Source of the DNA: a plasmid
DNA length: 6,945 bases
Sequence record: NZ_CP084015.1
Reading direction: 5' to 3' (one strand)
Shown here: positions 4,758 to 6,945 of the stretch, one piece after another
Numbering within the stretch: position 1 is the first letter of the stretch
Layout: the number at the start of each line of letters is the position of its first letter
Made by a program: the position numbers and the translations under genes
Notes under the pieces: generated by a model
Seen by the model: the letters and a program-made list of their open reading frames with translations, nothing else
Told to the model about the DNA's origin: nothing
The model's database searches: none

Positions 4758-5649
4758 GTAGTGCCCCCTTTGCCTTTTCTCTCAGTTCTTCCAATTGTTT
4801 GACCAAGGTCTCTTTCAGTTCCGACAATTTATCGAATTGCAGAGACAGCAAATTATACTTTCGAATGTTCCGATTCGTCTCACAGCGTGAGGATATGACA
4901 CCTTTTTGCTCCATTTTCCTTGCTACATATCCTTCATGAATGGTCGGGATCTGCTCTTTTCCCTGTCTTTCATAGCTTCGGTGATCGATCTGCAGATTAG
5001 GTTCAAGGTATTGATTACAATATTGCGCCCAACGCATTCTCCATTCTTCCACCTTTTCTGTTTTATTCCAGTCGTTAGCCTCCACGGTTACTCTTTGCCA
5101 CATTTTTCTGCCTTTTGCTCCGATTTTTTGTAAGCCTGTTTCAGAATCAATGATTGGAATTTTTTGGCCGGATTCGTCTAATTTATATCCCTTTTTCTCT
5201 TTCTGTCCCCATGTCCCATTTTTGGTGAGTGGTCTTGTTGTTCCCAAAATATGTGCATGATGGTTTCCTTGTTTCCAATGGATATTTGCATCGACACACA
5301 TGCCCTCATCCGCAAGACTCTGTGCAAATTCATGCACTAACTTCTTACTTTGTTCCAGATCAAGTTCATTGGGAATAGCAACCTCCCATTCTCTAGCAAG
5401 CCTTGCATTACTTTGTGATTCCACTTTATGGACAGCATTCCAAAGTGTCTCTCGATTTTGATAGGACTCTGGCGCATATTTGCACAAGATTACTTCGGAA
5501 AATACGACTCCATTCTTTTTTCGATAGTCATGGATGATTCCTGTTTCCATATCTTCTAATTTATCAGCAGATCGATAAGCAGAGCTTGCAACTGCTGACT
5601 GTCCTTTTCCACGGCTGATGTTTTTTATAGAACAATGATAAATTGCCAC
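4414..5649 (-). CDS. mobA: MobA/MobL-family (MOBQ) conjugative relaxase, GTG start. The authentic frame is probably only 5649..about 4765. The last 112 codons of this ORF (R/A-rich) look like a shadow of the overlapping coiled-coil frame.
   Basis: N-terminus MAIYHCSIKNISRGKGQSAVASSAYRS matches the MobA/MobL signature (RSF1010 MobA begins MAIYHLTAKTGSRSGGQSARAKADY). Histidine triad HHAHIL present. SD AAAGGAG lies upstream of GTG 5649..5647. Confidence 0.8.
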   Translation of the reverse strand: MAIYHCSIKNISRGKGQSAVASSAYRSADKLEDMETGIIHDYRKKNGVVFSEVILCKYAPESYQNRETLWNAVHKVESQSNARLAREWEVAIPNELDLEQSKKLVHEFAQSLADEGMCVDANIHWKQGNHHAHILGTTRPLTKNGTWGQKEKKGYKLDESGQKIPIIDSETGLQKIGAKGRKMWQRVTVEANDWNKTEKVEEWRMRWAQYCNQYLEPNLQIDHRSYERQGKEQIPTIHEGYVARKMEQKGVISSRCETNRNIRKYNLLSLQFDKLSELKETLVKQLEELREKAKGALHERLQRLRATRAVDEPTRRDADAAIEKRLAALRSIGQGGESLPGTEESAVQDIIREARAGIDRATAKEENSRTGRSDREAEQQRCDISTKSGIRETKHSIAKEHPKRPSRGRSR

Positions 5650-5693
5650 GATTGCAAATCTCCTTTCGTATCCTACTGATTTTAAATGGGGTT

Positions 5694-5772
5694 GAGGGGC
5701 GAAGCCCTCACGCGATTACAGATATACTCACTTGTGAGTGTGTCTGTAAGTGCGCCCTTAACAAGTTAAGGG
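5694..5772 (+). other. oriT: Candidate oriT. Inverted repeat ACTCAC-tt-GTGAGT (5726..5739), then 7 nt, then the MOBQ-type nic core TAAGTGCG|CCCT (5747..5758), with the predicted nick between G5754 and C5755. A second hairpin CCCTTAAC-aa-GTTAAGGG (5755..5772) and a GAGGG..CCCTC hairpin (5694..5709) are also present.
   Basis: The 12-mer TAAGTGCGCCCT is identical to the RSF1010/pC221-family nic region as I recall it. An inverted repeat 5' of the nic and a location immediately upstream of, and divergent from, the relaxase gene fit that family. Confidence 0.6.
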
Positions 5773-5785
5773 ATTATTGAAATGT

Positions 5786-5814
5786 AGTTTACCACAATTT
5801 TGATTTTGTATCAA
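5786..5814 (-). promoter_or_regulatory. Putative relaxase promoter: -35 TTGATA (5814..5809), 17-nt spacer, extended -10 TGGTAAACT (5794..5786). Transcription would read through oriT.
   Basis: Read on the minus strand. The hexamer match is moderate. Confidence 0.35.
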
Positions 5815-5852
5815 GAATATGTTAGACTATATAAAAAGGAGAGTGATTTATA

Positions 5853-6128
5853 ATGTCAGAAATAAGATCAACAGAAGAACGGATTGCCGAACTGGATAAG
5901 AAGATGGAACAGATTAAAGCGCAGAAAAAGGCAATCTTACAGAGAGAGAAAGAAATACAGCGAAAAGCGCGTACCAGAAGATTGATTGAGGTTGGAGGAG
6001 CGGTAGAATCTGTTTTGGGGCATCCAATTGAAAAAGAAGATATCCCAAATCTTATTGCCTTTTTGGAACAGCAAGAAAAGCGTGGAAATTACTTTTCAAA
6101 AGCTATGAAAAAAATAGATATTCTTTAA
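5853..6128 (+). CDS. DUF3847-like small protein, 91 aa. Mobilization-associated; commonly encoded next to MobA/MobL relaxases in Firmicutes.
   Basis: Sequence RKARTRRLIEVGGAVESVLG matches the DUF3847 core (RKARTHRLIERGAILES) from memory. SD GGAGAG 9 nt upstream. Divergent from the relaxase across oriT, in the position of RSF1010 mobC. Confidence 0.7.
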   Translation: MSEIRSTEERIAELDKKMEQIKAQKKAILQREKEIQRKARTRRLIEVGGAVESVLGHPIEKEDIPNLIAFLEQQEKRGNYFSKAMKKIDIL

Positions 6129-6136
6129 ATGTTTTA

Positions 6137-6165
6137 TTGCTAATTTATAGAGTGTGGTTTATAAT
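6137..6165 (+). promoter_or_regulatory. Promoter: -35 TTGCTA (6137..6142), 17-nt spacer, -10 TATAAT (6160..6165), upstream of the secreted-protein gene.
   Basis: Read directly. Confidence 0.5.
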
Positions 6166-6288
6166 TATTTTAGTACATTTCAACAATGATTTCAAATAAG
6201 GCAGAGGTGGTTCCAGTGGTTAAATAAATTTGTATCTATCATATAGTAGTGATGTCTCAAAACAGAAAGGTTAAAAAAGGGAAAATAA

Positions 6289-6939
6289 ATGAAAACAAAA
6301 ATCCAGAAATTTTTACCGGGTATATTTTGTATATTGTCACTATTCATATTTAGCTCTGTCACAGCATATGCAGAAGAAAACACAGATTCAAAAATTGCAG
6401 ATTTAGAGAAAAAATATGACGTACAAATAGTAAAAGCTAATGGATATAGCCTGATGGACGATTCTACATTAAATGATTTGGAATCAAAATTAAAAGCTGG
6501 ACAACATGCCAGAGAAGAAAATCAGAAGAGTTATGACGAATATATTGATCAACTAGAAAAATCTGGAAGAATCGATAATTCTACAGCTGATGAAAATACC
6601 AATTTCCGTGCAGGTTTATCACGAACATATTTCCATAATGTAGGAAGTTTAGTTCCTAATGGAACTACTATTCGTTGTAATATGACAGGTAGAACCATGC
6701 TAGATGGATATGGAAACACTCTTTGGAGCTCTTTAGATTCACATTCCAGCCGTTTGAGTAGTGGATATGGAACTGATTGGAGAGAAACTGATTTTTCTTA
6801 CAATAGGTTAGACGGAGGAAGAACATATAGTTGTTCTTATACCGGCACATTAGAAGAACCTTATATGTCCGCTGGAGTTGTTCAATATTATGTTTATAGC
6901 GAAGGTTGGAGAATATGGTTTGAAGCCTATTCAAGCTAA
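6289..6939 (+). CDS. Secreted protein of unknown function, 216 aa. Sec signal peptide MKTKIQKFLPGIFCILSLFIFSSVTAYA|EE; the mature part is G/S/T/Y/W-rich.
   Basis: SD AAGGG 7 nt upstream. N-region, h-region and AxA cleavage motif present. No lipobox. No family recognised. Confidence 0.75.
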   Translation: MKTKIQKFLPGIFCILSLFIFSSVTAYAEENTDSKIADLEKKYDVQIVKANGYSLMDDSTLNDLESKLKAGQHAREENQKSYDEYIDQLEKSGRIDNSTADENTNFRAGLSRTYFHNVGSLVPNGTTIRCNMTGRTMLDGYGNTLWSSLDSHSSRLSSGYGTDWRETDFSYNRLDGGRTYSCSYTGTLEEPYMSAGVVQYYVYSEGWRIWFEAYSS

Positions 6940-6945
6940 CAGAAA

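Noticed and set aside
4208-5133. Plus-strand ORFs 4208..4417, 4598..4939 and 4906..5133
   Set aside because: All lie inside the relaxase/coiled-coil genes on the opposite strand and have no RBS. Shadow ORFs.
6192-6383. 63-aa minus-strand ORF
   Set aside because: It overlaps the start and signal peptide of the well-supported secreted-protein gene on the opposite strand. No RBS.
6668-6934. 88-aa minus-strand ORF
   Set aside because: Antisense to the secreted-protein gene. No RBS.

Overview
This window looks like a segment of a small mobilizable theta-type plasmid from a low-GC Gram-positive host, with AT-rich codon usage and strong GGAGG-type RBSs. It carries three functional modules and two short accessory operons.

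1. Replication module. A Rep_3-like initiator gene runs on the minus strand (1197..2246). Upstream are six tandem 22/23-bp iterons (2302..2435), an AT-rich tandem 12-mer and a 31-bp GC palindrome, which together look like an origin. The rep promoter is a consensus TTGACA-17-TATAAT with an inverted iteron half-site in its spacer, suggesting autoregulation.

2. Regulatory layer. A conserved palindromic operator (CTATCAAA-ATTAAA-TTTGATAG) occurs three times, overlapping the promoters of two DNA-binding protein genes. One gene encodes an excisionase/MerR-like HTH protein (595..999, minus strand), the first gene of a three-gene operon. The other encodes a protein with a Hin/resolvase-like C-terminal HTH but no recombinase catalytic domain (2636..3133, plus strand).

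3. Unannotated type I toxin-antitoxin locus (about 3377..3704). The architecture matches par/Fst of pAD1. A 29-aa hydrophobic toxin ORF sits on the minus strand, and its SD is sequestered in a 5' hairpin. A convergent small RNA of about 70 nt starts from a strong extended -10 promoter on the plus strand. The two transcripts share a bidirectional terminator. Two perfect 11-12-nt blocks of complementarity cover the toxin start codon and first codons. A second promoter-terminator small-RNA unit lies just upstream (3162..3311).

4. Mobilization module. A MobA/MobL (MOBQ) relaxase gene (5649 down to 4414, GTG start) overlaps an out-of-frame ORF (4757 down to 3741) encoding a coiled-coil plus polytopic membrane protein. 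The junction lies at a G5 homopolymer, so this is either a frameshifted single gene or an overlapping mobB-like gene. A candidate oriT with an RSF1010/pC221-type nic core (TAAGTGCG|CCCT) follows an inverted repeat at about 5726..5772. A divergent DUF3847-like small gene lies at 5853..6128.

5. A signal-peptide-bearing secreted protein of unknown function (6289..6939).

No rRNA, tRNA, CRISPR or transposase was seen.
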